Assembly (NCBI GenBank): GCA_963711565.1 | Contig: CAVQEQ010000003.1 | Span: forward strand, 1,024,001 to 1,088,000 | DNA: 64,000 bases | Source of the DNA: an uncultured delta proteobacterium | Lineage (GTDB): Bacteria > Desulfobacterota > Binatia > Binatales > Binataceae | Direction of reading: 5' to 3' | In this document: in pieces, positions 28,098-38,376 of the stretch | Layout: the number at the start of each line of letters is the position of its first letter | How positions within the stretch are numbered: position 1 is the stretch's first letter | Position numbers and translations under genes: made by a program | The notes under the pieces: model-generated | Database searches by the model: none | What the model was told of the DNA's origin: nothing | What the model saw: the letters and a program-made list of their open reading frames with translations, nothing else

Positions 28098-29556
28098 CTA
28101 GCTGAGGCCGCGGGATTTTCGGAGCCGCGTGAACCAATCGACGTACTGCTGCGCCGCATTCGGCCACGAAAAATCCGACGCGAAGCAGTTTGCCATCAGC
28201 CGCCGCCATGTCGCGCGGTCGCGGAACGTTGCCACCATCCTCGCGAGCGCGGCGACCATTTCGTCCGCGGTGAAGTTGTCGAACGCGAAGCCGTTGCCAG
28301 TGCCCGTCGCGACATCGAACTCGCTGACCGTGTCGCGCAATCCGCCGGTGGCGCGCACGACGGGCGCGGCGCCATAGCGCAGCGCGTACATCTGCGTTAG
28401 TCCGCACGGTTCGAAGCGCGACGGCATCAGGAACGCGTCGCAGCCGGCCTGGATTCGATGCGCAGTGGTATTGTTGAACTCGATTATCGCGCGAAGTTTA
28501 TCGGGGTAGCGCGCCTCGGCGTCTTTGAAAAATTTCTTCGAGCGCTTCGTCGCCGCTCGCCAGCATGACGAGCTGCAAATCCAGGCGCATCACGGCGTCG
28601 AGCGCATCCTTGAGCAGGTCCACGCCTTTTTGCTCCGTCATGCGCGTGACCATTCCGACCAGCGGCCAATCTTCATGATTGGGAAGCTTGAGCGAATCGC
28701 GCAGCGCGCGCGTGCAGGCGCGTTTGCCGTCGGGTTTCGTGGGCATGTAGGTCGCCGCGATTTCGCGGTCGATAGCGGGGTTCCACTCGTGGTAGTCGGC
28801 GCCGTTGAGGATGCCGACGAAATCCGCGCCCTTGTCGCGGAGCACTCCCTCGAGTCCAAAGCCGAGTTCCGGGTCGGTGGTAATTTCGCGCGCGTAAGTG
28901 GGACTGACAGTTGATGCGCCGTCGGATAGGACGATCGCGCCCTTCATCAGATTCAAGTGATTGTAAAATTCCAGGTAGTTGACCGAAAAATATGGCGCGT
29001 CGATATTCAGAAGCCCGAAGTCCTCGCGCTTGCCGATGCCCTGGAAGGCGAGATTGTGAATCGTGAAGACCGACAGCGCCCGCTTGAACATCGGGCGCAG
29101 GGCGCCGTCGGCGCGCATCGCAATCGGCGCGGCGGCGGAATGCCAATCGTGTGCGTGGACAAGGTCGGGCGCGATTATCTCAGCGGAGGCGACCGCGGCG
29201 GCGCGGCCGAAGAAGATGAAGCGCCGCATGTTGTCGGGATAGTCCATCCCATGCTCGCCGTAGATTTCGGGACGCGCGAAAAATCCGGGATGATCGATCA
29301 GATACATCGGCACGCCGTGGGGATCGGTCGCGCGCAAGACCGAGAAACGTTCAACGCCGGCGCCGAAGCGCATCGGGATATTGCGCAGAACGGGAGCGGT
29401 CTCGACGTTGTCGATAATCGAAGGGTAGCCGGGGACGATCAGTGAGGGTTGTTCGCCAGCGTCTTTCAATGCGCCGGGCAACGAGCCGATGACGTCGGCG
29501 AGGCCGCCGGCTTTTGCATAGGGCGCGGCTTCGGCCGCAACGATCGTAATTTTCAC
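28098..29556 (-). pseudogene. glgA: Glycogen synthase with one frameshift at ~28533 (probably a homopolymer error)
   Basis: EAAPYAKAGGLADV, HAHDWH, TIHNLAFQG, VSPTYA, GILNG. Removing one base restores LEEFFKDAEARYP...AHRIQAGCDAFLMPSRFEPCGLTQ. Confidence 0.88.
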
Positions 29557-29579
29557 GGGATGGGGTGTCCGAAGAACGA

Positions 29580-29787
29580 TCCCTCGCCCGTAATTTTACG
29601 GGAGAGGTTAGGTGAGGGTTCTGGGCTCATCTAGTAATGCGAGGAAGGATCGATTCTTCGCTGCGCTCTGAATGACACAAAGAAGGAAGAGGACACAAGA
29701 AAGCGACGTTGCATAGTTGTCGCTTGAATCGCAGCACCCTCACCTACCGGCGGCTACGCCGGCCGCCTCTCCCGTAAAGGGCGAGGT
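29580..29787. repeat. Inverted pair of CCCTCACC...CCTCTCCC/GGGAGAGG REP-like elements with a nested unit of another family
   Basis: Arms at 29580-29619 and 29737-29787; GATTCTTCGCTGCGCTCTGAATGACA at 29652-29677. Confidence 0.75.
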
Positions 29788-29905
29788 AAGAGTCGGACGC
29801 CAGCCCATCTGATATCCTGTGCAGGAGGTCACCCCCTGCCCTTCCCGGCGCGGGACTTTCGATCTTTCGGCGATTGCGCTAAACGAACGGTATGGAGGTA
29901 ATGCA

Positions 29906-31018
29906 ATGAAATTCGGCCTCTTCTATGAAATCTCGGTACCGCGACCATGGGGGCGCGAAACCGAAAAAACTGTCTACGACAACTGCCTCGAGCAGGTTGC
30001 CCTCGCCGATTCGCTCGGCTTTGATTCCGTGTGGGCCGTCGAGCATCACTTCCTCGAAGAATATTCGCATTGCCCCGCGCCCGAGCTGTTCCTGACCGCA
30101 TGCGCGATGAAGACCAAGAAAATGCGCGTCGGTCACGGCATCGTGGTGTGCGTGCCCGAGTTCAATCATCCGATAAAAATTGCCGAGCGCACGGCAGTGC
30201 TCGACATTCTTTCCGGCGGCCGTCTCAACGTCGGCACCGGCCGATCCGCGACCTGGACCGAGCTGGCGGGCTTTCGCGCCAGCCCCGACGAGACCAAGAA
30301 AACCTGGGACGAGTTCGTCCATTGCTTGCCGAAGATGTGGACGCAGGAGCGCTTCTCCTACCAGGGACGATCATGGTCGATGCCGCAGCGGACGATTGTG
30401 CCGAAGCCGTATCAGAAACCGCATCCGCCGCTGTGGGTCGCGGTCACCAGTCCCGGCACCGAGATCGACGCGGCCGAGCGCGGGATGGGCAGTCTCGGGC
30501 TGACCTTTGGCGGATTCGCCGAGCAGGACGAGAAGGTCAAGCGCTATCGCAAGATTATCAAGAACTGCACGCCGGTCGGCGAGGTTGTGAACGAAGCCGT
30601 GTCGACGGTGAACTTTTTGTATTGTCATGAAGACGACGCCGAGGGCGTGAAGGTCGGCAAGCGTCTCACCGGCACCTTCAACTATCTCGCGGCGCAGTTG
30701 CTCGCCGCGCGCGAGGCGTATCCGAGCAAATCGTATCCGTCACTCGGGTTGCTGCCGTCGCTGCGTCAGGATGCGGCGGGGCCCGGCGATGCGTCGGGCG
30801 CACCGGAGGGTATCGCGATCGGAAATCCCGCGCGCATTACGCGCGAGATGAAGAAGTGGGAGGCGGTCGGCGTCGATCGCGTCAACTTCCTGCTGAACGC
30901 GCTCGAGACCGTGCCGCAGCAAAAGGTACTCGACAGTATCCGGCTGTTCGCGAAAGAAGTGATGCCGCATTTCCAGGGCGCGAGCGATTCCGCTTCGGCC
31001 GCCGCAGGAGGTCGTTGA
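29906..31018 (+). CDS. LLM-class flavin-dependent oxidoreductase
   Basis: MKFGLFYE, LGFDSVWAVEHHF, HPIKIAE..AVLDILSGGRL..GTGR, PKPYQKPHPPLW. RBS GGAGG. Confidence 0.93.
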   Translation: MKFGLFYEISVPRPWGRETEKTVYDNCLEQVALADSLGFDSVWAVEHHFLEEYSHCPAPELFLTACAMKTKKMRVGHGIVVCVPEFNHPIKIAERTAVLDILSGGRLNVGTGRSATWTELAGFRASPDETKKTWDEFVHCLPKMWTQERFSYQGRSWSMPQRTIVPKPYQKPHPPLWVAVTSPGTEIDAAERGMGSLGLTFGGFAEQDEKVKRYRKIIKNCTPVGEVVNEAVSTVNFLYCHEDDAEGVKVGKRLTGTFNYLAAQLLAAREAYPSKSYPSLGLLPSLRQDAAGPGDASGAPEGIAIGNPARITREMKKWEAVGVDRVNFLLNALETVPQQKVLDSIRLFAKEVMPHFQGASDSASAAAGGR

Positions 31019-31773
31019 TGCCGCCGCGTTTTGGAAAGCTCGATCTGGCCGCATGGGCCAAGTCGGTACCCACGATCAACAGCTACAAAACGGAGCCGTG
31101 GATTTTGAAGGGCGCGAAGATTCTCACGATCAACATGGAGATCGACGACGACCCCGCCGACAACCTGATCCCGGCGACGATGCATCCGTCGATTCCGGAG
31201 TACGCGATTTTCTGCGTGACGACGTATCCGGAGAGCCCGGTCGGCGCGTTCTCGATTGCCGAGGTGCGAGTCTCGGGCCGCACCGGCGTCCGTCCGCGAG
31301 GCTTCGTGCTGCGCAGTTACTGCGACAACGACGACGCGCGGCGCGAGATGGCCGCACGATGGGGTTATCCGACGGTGGCGGGCGAGGTGAAGCTCGACAT
31401 CCGCCACGACCGCGTCGTCGGCCGTGCGAGCGCCGCGGGCAAGCCGGTGCTCGAATGCGAGCTGCTGGATCGCGACATGATCTCCGGCGGCGACATCCAG
31501 TACATCGCGAGCATGCATCTCGCGCGCAACAAGGACGACGGCAAGCTGGTGCTGGTGCAGGTCGATCCGGAGTTCACGTTCTCGAAGGCGGAGCGCGGCA
31601 AGCCGCGAATCGTCCTGCTCGACAACGACGCATTCGGCGCCGGCAGGTATCTGCGGCTCGACAACCCGATTTCTGCGACGTTCACGACCGCCGACGTGAC
31701 GCTGCCGAAGCTTCGCTACATCTGCAATCCCGAGTTGCCGGCGATGCAGGGTACGACGAAGGTTGCGGCCTGA
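31018..31773 (+). CDS. Acetoacetate decarboxylase (ADC) family protein
   Basis: TGATG coupling to the LLM gene; LIPATMHP, SPVGAFSIAEV, REMAARWGYP. Confidence 0.65.
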   Translation: MPPRFGKLDLAAWAKSVPTINSYKTEPWILKGAKILTINMEIDDDPADNLIPATMHPSIPEYAIFCVTTYPESPVGAFSIAEVRVSGRTGVRPRGFVLRSYCDNDDARREMAARWGYPTVAGEVKLDIRHDRVVGRASAAGKPVLECELLDRDMISGGDIQYIASMHLARNKDDGKLVLVQVDPEFTFSKAERGKPRIVLLDNDAFGAGRYLRLDNPISATFTTADVTLPKLRYICNPELPAMQGTTKVAA

Positions 31774-31803
31774 ACGGAGGTTGCCTGCGCGCTTTCTTTT
31801 TCG

Positions 31804-31965
31804 GTCATCCTGACGGAGCGAGCATCGCTAGCGGCAGGAAGGATCCCGGACAACTTCGCGCATGCGAAGCCGGTTCGGATTCCGCGATGCGCGTGAGCGC
31901 CGCCTTTATTACGCCGGACGCAGGAACGTCCGTCGAGATTCTTCGCCGCAGCGGATCAGAATGAC
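31804..31965. repeat. GTCATCCTGA...TCAGAATGAC REP-like inverted pair
   Basis: Arms at 31804-31847 and 31935-31965; related units at 22986, 25093-25129 and 29652. Confidence 0.7.
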
Positions 31966-31974
31966 GGAGGGGGA

Positions 31975-32868
31975 ATGCCTGAACCCTGGCGCTTCGAAAA
32001 AATCACACTCAAGAGCGGACTGACTTTGCGCGTCGCGCGCGCCGGCGTCGGTCCGCCGATCATCATGCTGCACGGGTTCCCGGAATGCTGGTACTCGTGG
32101 CGGCATCAGATGCGCGCGCTGTCCGACCGTTACGATTGCGTCGCGCCGGAGATGCGCGGTTACGGCGAATCCGACGCGCCGGTCGGCGTCGCGAACTATA
32201 CGCTCGACAAGCTGGTCGGCGACGTCGCCGAGCTGATCGAGGCGCTCGGCCACAAGCGCGCGACCGTGGTCGGTCACGACTGGGGCGGCGGCGTCGCGTG
32301 GGCGACGGCGCTGATGCGTCCCGACGTCGTCGAGCGGCTGATCGTGATGAACTGTCCTCATCTAGAGCGGATGAGCCATGCGCTGCGACGCAATCCGCGC
32401 CAGATGCTGCGCAGTTGGTACATGCTGTTCTTCCAGATTCCGCGCCTCCCTGAGTGGCTGTTCCGCCGCCGTAACTATCAGGCGCTGGTTGACGCGCTGC
32501 GCAACGGCACGATTCAAAAGAATGTTTTCAGCGACGGCGACCTCGAATACTTCCGCGCCGCGTTTCGCAATCCCTACTCGCTGACCGCCGCGATTAACTA
32601 CTATCGCGCGAACTTCCGCACCGGTTTCATGGCGCGGCCCGGCACCAACTCGTGGATCGATCGGAAGATTTCGGCGCCGACGCTTCTGATCTGGGGCGAA
32701 CAAGATTTCGCACTTGGCAAGGAACTGACGTACGGCATGGAGCCGCTGTTCACCGGTCCATTCGAGATAAAATACATTCCCGATTCGGGCCATTGGGTGC
32801 AGCAGGAGAAGCCGGAACTGGTGAATCAGTACGTCCGCGATTTTCTCAATCGCACTCCGCCCGCTTAG
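31975..32868 (+). CDS. Alpha/beta hydrolase (epoxide hydrolase-like)
   Basis: HGFPECWYSWRHQ, GHDWGG, INYYRA, IWGEQD, GHWVQQE. Confidence 0.93.
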   Translation: MPEPWRFEKITLKSGLTLRVARAGVGPPIIMLHGFPECWYSWRHQMRALSDRYDCVAPEMRGYGESDAPVGVANYTLDKLVGDVAELIEALGHKRATVVGHDWGGGVAWATALMRPDVVERLIVMNCPHLERMSHALRRNPRQMLRSWYMLFFQIPRLPEWLFRRRNYQALVDALRNGTIQKNVFSDGDLEYFRAAFRNPYSLTAAINYYRANFRTGFMARPGTNSWIDRKISAPTLLIWGEQDFALGKELTYGMEPLFTGPFEIKYIPDSGHWVQQEKPELVNQYVRDFLNRTPPA

Positions 32869-32892
32869 TCCGCGACGCTTTTAGGCTCCGAC

Positions 32893-32921
32893 TTTACACC
32901 GCTTTGCCTCGCGCCTATCTT
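32893..32921 (+). promoter_or_regulatory. Putative sigma70 promoter of the RRM gene
   Basis: TTTACA-N17-TATCTT. Confidence 0.55.
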
Positions 32922-33029
32922 TATTTGAGGATCTAAACGCCTCGGACGCCGCCTTTCTCACGTATCCCGGTCATCCCGGATAGTCGTCTGTTTAGGAGCT
33001 TCCCGGCAAATTCAGAAGGAGGGGCTTTT

Positions 33030-33386
33030 ATGCCCACTAAGTTGTATGTAGGCAACCTCGCCTACGCGGTTACGCAGGAGGACCTGGCAGAACTGTTTGC
33101 GCAGGCCGGGAAAGTCGAGAGCGCGGTGGTGGTCTCCGACAAGTTCTCGGGACAGTCGCGCGGCTTCGGTTTCGTCGAGATGGCGGAGGCGGCCGATGCG
33201 GCCACCGCAATCCAGACCCTCAATGACACCGACCTGAAGGGACGGCGAATCAAGATTGACGAGGCGCGCGCGAGCACCGGCGGTCCGCGCGGCGGCGGCG
33301 GAGGTGGCGGTGGAGATCGTCGTCGCGGCGGTGGTGGCGGTGGCAGAGAGGGCGGTGGCGGCGGCGGAAATCGCAACCGCTGGTAG
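33030..33386 (+). CDS. RRM RNA-binding protein with Gly/Arg-rich tail
   Basis: RNP2 LYVGNL, RNP1 RGFGFVEM, GGGGR tail. Confidence 0.95.
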   Translation: MPTKLYVGNLAYAVTQEDLAELFAQAGKVESAVVVSDKFSGQSRGFGFVEMAEAADAATAIQTLNDTDLKGRRIKIDEARASTGGPRGGGGGGGGDRRRGGGGGGREGGGGGGNRNRW

Positions 33387-33488
33387 CTTATCGCGATTTG
33401 ATCAAAGCAGTTGATTGGCGGCGCGGTCGGAGCTGAATGCTCGGGCCGCGCCGCCGCTTTTCGATTGAGCGCAACAGCGGCGGGAAGA

Positions 33489-33560
33489 GGCGGGCACGGC
33501 GGCCCGCTCCACTTCGCCTGTTCCGCGCGGGAGGAGGCGGGCACGGCGGCCCGCCCCACT
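33489..33560. repeat. Two direct copies of the GTGG-type REP
   Basis: GGCGGGCACGGCGGCCCGC(T/C)CCACT at 33489-33513 and 33536-33560. Confidence 0.85.
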
Positions 33561-33656
33561 TCGGTGCAAGCCTCTTCCACACGTGCGGTCTTCTGCTATC
33601 GTTATGCGCCGAAACGGAACCAGCCAACCCCAACAACTTTGGATGAGTCTGATCGA

Positions 33657-34511
33657 ATGAGAAAAGCCATACTCTCGAGCGCGGCGGCCGCCGTCGCGCT
33701 CGCGTCCATCCTCGCCATCACGCCCAAAGCGTCACATGCCGACGAAGAGGCCGGCGTCCCTTCCGGCACACAGCGCAACGTCGCGGGAATAGTGATTCAT
33801 TCCGGCAGCCGCTCGGTACAGGTCGGCACCGCATTCTTCGTCGCCGTTCCCAGCTCGGTGTTCCCGGGCAGATCGTTCGTTTACCTCGTGACCGCGCATC
33901 ACAATCTGCTCGACGGCAACGGCAGCCCGCGCGCCGGCCTGCTGCTCACGCTCGAGGACTCCGCGACCGGCAAGATGCGCGAGGAACCGCTGCCGGCTGA
34001 AAACCGCTGGGTGCTCGATCCGAATCAGGTAAAAGCCAACGTCGCCGCGATTCCGCTGACGCCGAAGGGCGCGAGCATCGCGCCAATCCCGCTCGGCTCG
34101 CTGCTCGGTGGCGACGATCCGCTCGCGCGCCCCGAAACCGGCGCGCAGGTGTACTACCTGACGGCGGCGACCGTCGGCGTCAACCAGCGTCGATTCGAGG
34201 CGCTCGCGCGCTTCGGCCATGTGTCGGTAGCCGATCCTGCCGACACCGAAGTCATCGGCGCGGGCTTGCAGACGCTCAGCTATCTCGACGGCGGCAGCGC
34301 GCCCGGATTTTCCAGCGGCGCTCCGGTCTTCGTCAGCCTGGGACTGCGCTTTGCGCTATGGGGAATTCTCGAGGCCAACACCTCGCTCAACACCGATCCG
34401 GTTTTCTCCGGACTGGCAGGCGTTCTGCCTGCCAGGTACGTTGCCGAAACGTGCAAGAAGATGGGCGAGGTGCAGGATAAAACGCTGCAAGGCGCCAAGC
34501 TCCCCGAGTGA
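33657..34511 (+). CDS. Secreted trypsin-like peptidase-fold protein
   Basis: Signal peptide; GTAFFV, YLVTAHH, ANVAAI (Asp position), PGFSSGAPVF. Confidence 0.7.
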   Translation: MRKAILSSAAAAVALASILAITPKASHADEEAGVPSGTQRNVAGIVIHSGSRSVQVGTAFFVAVPSSVFPGRSFVYLVTAHHNLLDGNGSPRAGLLLTLEDSATGKMREEPLPAENRWVLDPNQVKANVAAIPLTPKGASIAPIPLGSLLGGDDPLARPETGAQVYYLTAATVGVNQRRFEALARFGHVSVADPADTEVIGAGLQTLSYLDGGSAPGFSSGAPVFVSLGLRFALWGILEANTSLNTDPVFSGLAGVLPARYVAETCKKMGEVQDKTLQGAKLPE

Positions 34512-34660
34512 CGCGAGGACTCGGGTCGCGGGACGCAAATTCGATTTGATTCGCACGGCGGGTCTCCAGCTATAATGTCGGGCACGCCGTTGAATACTTG
34601 ATTTCGCGTCGATGCGCGTATATCGAGAGTAGTTCCGGCTCGCGCCACAAACCGAAACAC

Positions 34661-34736
34661 TCCCCGGTAGCTCAGTCGGTAGAGCGGACGGCTGTTAACC
34701 GTCATGTCGCTGGTTCGAATCCGGCCCGGGGAGCCA
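34661..34736 (+). tRNA. tRNA-Asn(GTT)
   Basis: Acceptor TCCCCGG/CCGGGGA, D-arm AGCTCAGTCGGTAGAGC, anticodon arm GACGG-CTGTTAA-CCGTC, T-loop GGTTCGAATCC, encoded CCA. Confidence 0.98.
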
Positions 34737-34809
34737 TCTCTTGAAAGAAGGTTCTAAGGATCACAGGTGATGTGGCGATCCGTCAGAGGCGCCGACTCCG
34801 TTATCTACT

Positions 34810-35064
34810 TTATCGAGAGATACTCCCGACTCCACCGATCGAGCCGATATTCATTGACCCGAGCGGGGATTGGCCGCTGGGGAATACGCGTACGTTCGGA
34901 GGCGGAGGATAGTTTGGCGGCGTCGCGTTCTGAGCGATCTGCTGGCAAGCATTCTGATCGCCGCCATCACAGCTTTGCTGAAGGGCCTGTCGTTGAGCCT
35001 GCGCAGCGCATCCGCTCACGAGCAGTAGCGCCGATGCAATCACCAATGTCGCCAGTTTGGGCAT
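34810..35064 (-). CDS. Small lipoprotein
   Basis: MPKLATLVIASALLLVSGC lipobox; CDGGDQNAC pair; Pro-rich tail. RBS GAGGAGG. Confidence 0.7.
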   Translation of the reverse strand: MPKLATLVIASALLLVSGCAAQAQRQALQQSCDGGDQNACQQIAQNATPPNYPPPPNVRVFPSGQSPLGSMNIGSIGGVGSISR

Positions 35065-35201
35065 GGGGTTTCCCTCCTCGCGAGTCATCGAACACTATGT
35101 CGATAACCATTGTGAGCCCGCCTTTGTTCCGATTCAAATGACCGGTAAGGCGGTGCGCGTCGTATCGACACGATTCCGTAACTGCTAGGTTTGCGTTGGG
35201 G

Positions 35202-35492
35202 ATGATGATGGGCAGCAGGCTAAGGATCGCTTTTGTTGTGACGGTGCTTGCTGCCGCGACCGGCCTTTATGGCTGCGCGTCAACCTACATTCAGCAGACT
35301 GACGACGATACTGCCTCCGCCTGCGAGATAACTGCCGCCACTGCCAGTGCCGCCGAGTGCAATTCGGCTGACCTAGCCCGTCAGGCCCGCGACTCGGCCG
35401 ATTACAAGGATGAGCCAGCCTTGGGCTACCTGAATTCTCCGCCGGGATTACTGCCGATTCCGGTGTCTGCGCGGAATAGCTCGTCGAATTAG
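35202..35492 (+). CDS. Small lipoprotein
   Basis: RLRIAFVVTVLAAATGLYGC lipobox; two further Cys. Confidence 0.6.
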   Translation: MMMGSRLRIAFVVTVLAAATGLYGCASTYIQQTDDDTASACEITAATASAAECNSADLARQARDSADYKDEPALGYLNSPPGLLPIPVSARNSSSN

Positions 35493-35759
35493 TGGGAGGG
35501 CGCAGTTTGTCGCTCCCGCCCACGTCATCCAGACGCCGTGGCCCAGTTGCACGTCATTTTTCGAGATGTCAGAGTTCACTTCACGGTGAGAACTCATCGC
35601 CCGGTCTAAACCGGACCCGTTTCATCTTCGCAACGCTGAATTACCGGAAAAATCCATAGAAATTGGGGTATTTTACCCTATATTGACAGGCCTACTGGCG
35701 AGGGCAAGAATGCTACACTAAGCCGCGTTTGCCCCTTTAGAGAAACGTGGCCTTTGGGA

Positions 35760-37244
35760 ATGAGCGTGCAAAAGCGCAACGGACAGAACCAGGCGCGGGT
35801 CCTGATTGTCGATGACGAATTTCACGTTGCACGCGGCGCCGCGATGGTCCTTTCACAGGCTGGTTACGAATGCGAAACGTGTCCCACTGTCGAAGCAGCT
35901 CTCAAGCTGCTCGACCATAAGGGCGCAGACGTAATCATCGCAGACATGAGGATGACGGGGATGGATGGGATGGACTTACTGAAGAAGGTGCAGAGCAAGG
36001 ATCCTGACATGGCAGTGCTGGTGAGCGTGCCGCTGCCGGCGGCAGAGTCGGCCAAGGCGGCGCTCCGGGGCGGAGCGTTCGATTGCGTGACGAAGCCGTT
36101 CGACAGCGACGAGCTGAACGCGGTCGTCACCCGGGCGGTCGAGATGAGCGCGCTGCAACGCGAGAACCGCAAGCTGCGCGAGCAGCTCGACGTCGCGAGC
36201 ATCGCGGCCGGCTTCGTGGCCGAAGCGCCCAAGAGCCGCCAACTGGTCGCGATGATCCGGCGGGTCGCCCCTTCACGCACGACAGCCCTTATCGAAGGGG
36301 AAACCGGCACCGGCAAAGAACTGGTCGCCCGGATGCTGCACTACTGGAGCAACCGGGCCGATGGTCCGTTCCTCGCGATCAATTGCAAGGCGCTGGCGGA
36401 TGGCGTGGTCGAGAGCGAGCTCTTCGGCCATGAAAAGGGATCGTTCACCGGCGCGATCCGCGACCGCGCGGGATGCTTCGAGCGAGCCTCGGGCGGCACG
36501 CTGTTTCTCGACGAGATCGGAGAAGCGGGGCCGGACTTCCAGGCCAAGCTGCTGCGCGTGCTCGAGGACGGCGAGGTGCTGCGCGTCGGCGGCTCGAAAC
36601 CGCGCAAGGTGGATGTTCGAATAATAACGGCGACCAATCGCAAGCTGCGGAACGAGGTGGCAGCGGGCCGCTTCCGCGCGGATTTGTATTTTCGGCTCAG
36701 CGTGATTCCGCTCAGGATCGCGCCGCTGCGCGAGCGCCGCGAGGACATCCTGCCGCTGGCGCATCATTTTCTCGCTTTTCATTCCACCGAAGCAGGCCGC
36801 CCGCTGATGCTTTCCCCGGAAGCCGAAGCGGCGCTGCTCGCCCATCGGTGGCCGGGCAACGTGCGCGAACTGGAAAACGTCATCGAGCGCGCGGTCGTGA
36901 TGAGCGGGCAGGAGACCCTGATGCCCGAGGCGTTCGCCTTCGACGACGACGCGTCCGACGAAGACCTGGTCCAGGTTGCCGGCATAGCCCGCGCGGCCGG
37001 CGTCGATTCCTCTCTCGGCACAGCTACAGCTCCGGCATCGGCAGATTCGAACCACGCGCAGAGTAACGCGCAGCCTGCCGACAGTCAGGATGATGGCACG
37101 CTGCAGGCGAGCCTCGATCGCGCCGCGACGGTGCGAATCAAGGCGGCGCTCGCGACCGCAGCTGGCAACCGGGTTGACGCGGCAGCGGCACTCGGCGTCG
37201 ATCGGACGACGCTATATCGGTTGATGAAACGTCTTAGTCTTTAG
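35760..37244 (+). CDS. Sigma54-dependent response regulator (REC-AAA+-Fis HTH; NtrC/PilR-like)
   Basis: VLIVDDE...D..M..MDG...KPF; GETGTGKE, ESELFGHEKGSFTGA, LFLDEIG, FRADLYFRL, WPGNVREL; ALGVDRTTLYR. Confidence 0.95.
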   Translation: MSVQKRNGQNQARVLIVDDEFHVARGAAMVLSQAGYECETCPTVEAALKLLDHKGADVIIADMRMTGMDGMDLLKKVQSKDPDMAVLVSVPLPAAESAKAALRGGAFDCVTKPFDSDELNAVVTRAVEMSALQRENRKLREQLDVASIAAGFVAEAPKSRQLVAMIRRVAPSRTTALIEGETGTGKELVARMLHYWSNRADGPFLAINCKALADGVVESELFGHEKGSFTGAIRDRAGCFERASGGTLFLDEIGEAGPDFQAKLLRVLEDGEVLRVGGSKPRKVDVRIITATNRKLRNEVAAGRFRADLYFRLSVIPLRIAPLRERREDILPLAHHFLAFHSTEAGRPLMLSPEAEAALLAHRWPGNVRELENVIERAVVMSGQETLMPEAFAFDDDASDEDLVQVAGIARAAGVDSSLGTATAPASADSNHAQSNAQPADSQDDGTLQASLDRAATVRIKAALATAAGNRVDAAAALGVDRTTLYRLMKRLSL

Positions 37245-37433
37245 CATCGGATTGTCGCGGCGAAGACGCCGGACCCGATGCGGGATTTGCACGCAAGCGG
37301 CCGCGGAGCAATCTGCGGCCGTTTTCTTTCGCGCACCAAAACAAACAAGCCCCGGACCGACGCGGCGCCGCGCCTGTCCGAGGCCTCCTGGGAGAGGCTA
37401 TTTTTTGGATTGCCCTCCGGCGACCCGCTGAAA

Positions 37434-38375
37434 TCAGCCGCCAGGATTCGTGAGCGTGTGGAGGACCGAGATCATAGCCGGTCCGATGATTACCGCGATC
37501 ATCGAGGGCAGCACAAAAATGACCAGCGGGAACAGAATCTTAATCGATGCCTTCTGCGCGTCTTCCTCGGCATGCAACCGGCGACGGTTGCGCAGCGCGT
37601 CCGAGCTGGAGCGCAACGCTGGTCCAATCTGCGCGCCAAGTTGTTCGCTCTGGATCAACGTTGCGGCGAGCGGCTTGATATCTTCTACCGCAGTCCGGTC
37701 GGCCAGCCCGCGCAACGCCTGTCCAAGGCTCGCACCGGCGGAGATATCGGTTGCGACGAGGTTCAGCTCGGTGCCGATTTCCTGTCCATGACGCTCGCAT
37801 TCGACGCCAACGATTCGAATTGCCTCAAAGAGCCCCATGCCTGCTTCGACGCATACCACCAGCAGGTCGAGCACGTCCGAGAGCTGCCTTGCGATGTTGC
37901 CCTGCCGCAAACGCGCGCGCCGTCCCAAATAGTAGCTGGGCACGAAGATTCCAATGCCGATGCCGCCAAGTGCCAGGAGCACCGGCGTAGCCGACGCCGG
38001 ATGAAAGATCGCGCCGACCATGAGACCCAACAAACCACCGCCGATGGCCATCAGCACGCGCGCGACATGATAGGTCTGCGCCGCGGACGACTTCAGATAC
38101 CCTGCTTGCATCAGGGTCTGTTGGAGCTTCTCCCCGGTGGGCGAATCCAGGTTCGGCGGCGGTACACGCTTGGCGGCCCACCTGAAAAGCATCCGGAGTA
38201 CGTTGTCGTCCTGGACATCACCTTCGAATGCGCCCTGAGAGGCCCGCATCTTGACCGCAAGATCCGCGAAGCGCTCGTCGACGGCCCGGCTTTGCGGCGA
38301 GAACGCGAGAAACAGGGCCAAGCACGCCCCTGCCGCGAGAAAGAAGACCACTATGCCAATCACGAATGGGCTCAT
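37434..38375 (-). CDS. tadC: Tad pilus inner-membrane platform protein TadC
   Basis: DVLDLLVVCVEAGMGL, LIQSEQLG, AEEDAQKASIKILFPL. Confidence 0.92.
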   Translation of the reverse strand: MSPFVIGIVVFFLAAGACLALFLAFSPQSRAVDERFADLAVKMRASQGAFEGDVQDDNVLRMLFRWAAKRVPPPNLDSPTGEKLQQTLMQAGYLKSSAAQTYHVARVLMAIGGGLLGLMVGAIFHPASATPVLLALGGIGIGIFVPSYYLGRRARLRQGNIARQLSDVLDLLVVCVEAGMGLFEAIRIVGVECERHGQEIGTELNLVATDISAGASLGQALRGLADRTAVEDIKPLAATLIQSEQLGAQIGPALRSSSDALRNRRRLHAEEDAQKASIKILFPLVIFVLPSMIAVIIGPAMISVLHTLTNPGG

Positions 38376-38376
38376 A

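Noticed and set aside
28098-29556. glgA (and the 56521-56999 LOG-like gene) as true pseudogenes or programmed frameshifts
   Set aside because: Each has a single indel in a short homopolymer with otherwise intact sequence; sequencing error is more likely. Needs read-level confirmation.
35560-35650. Possible c-di-GMP riboswitch (GTCTAAAC...TTACCG) upstream of the sigma54 regulator
   Set aside because: The P2 GNRA loop and GCAAA elements are not found; only a simple hairpin is visible.
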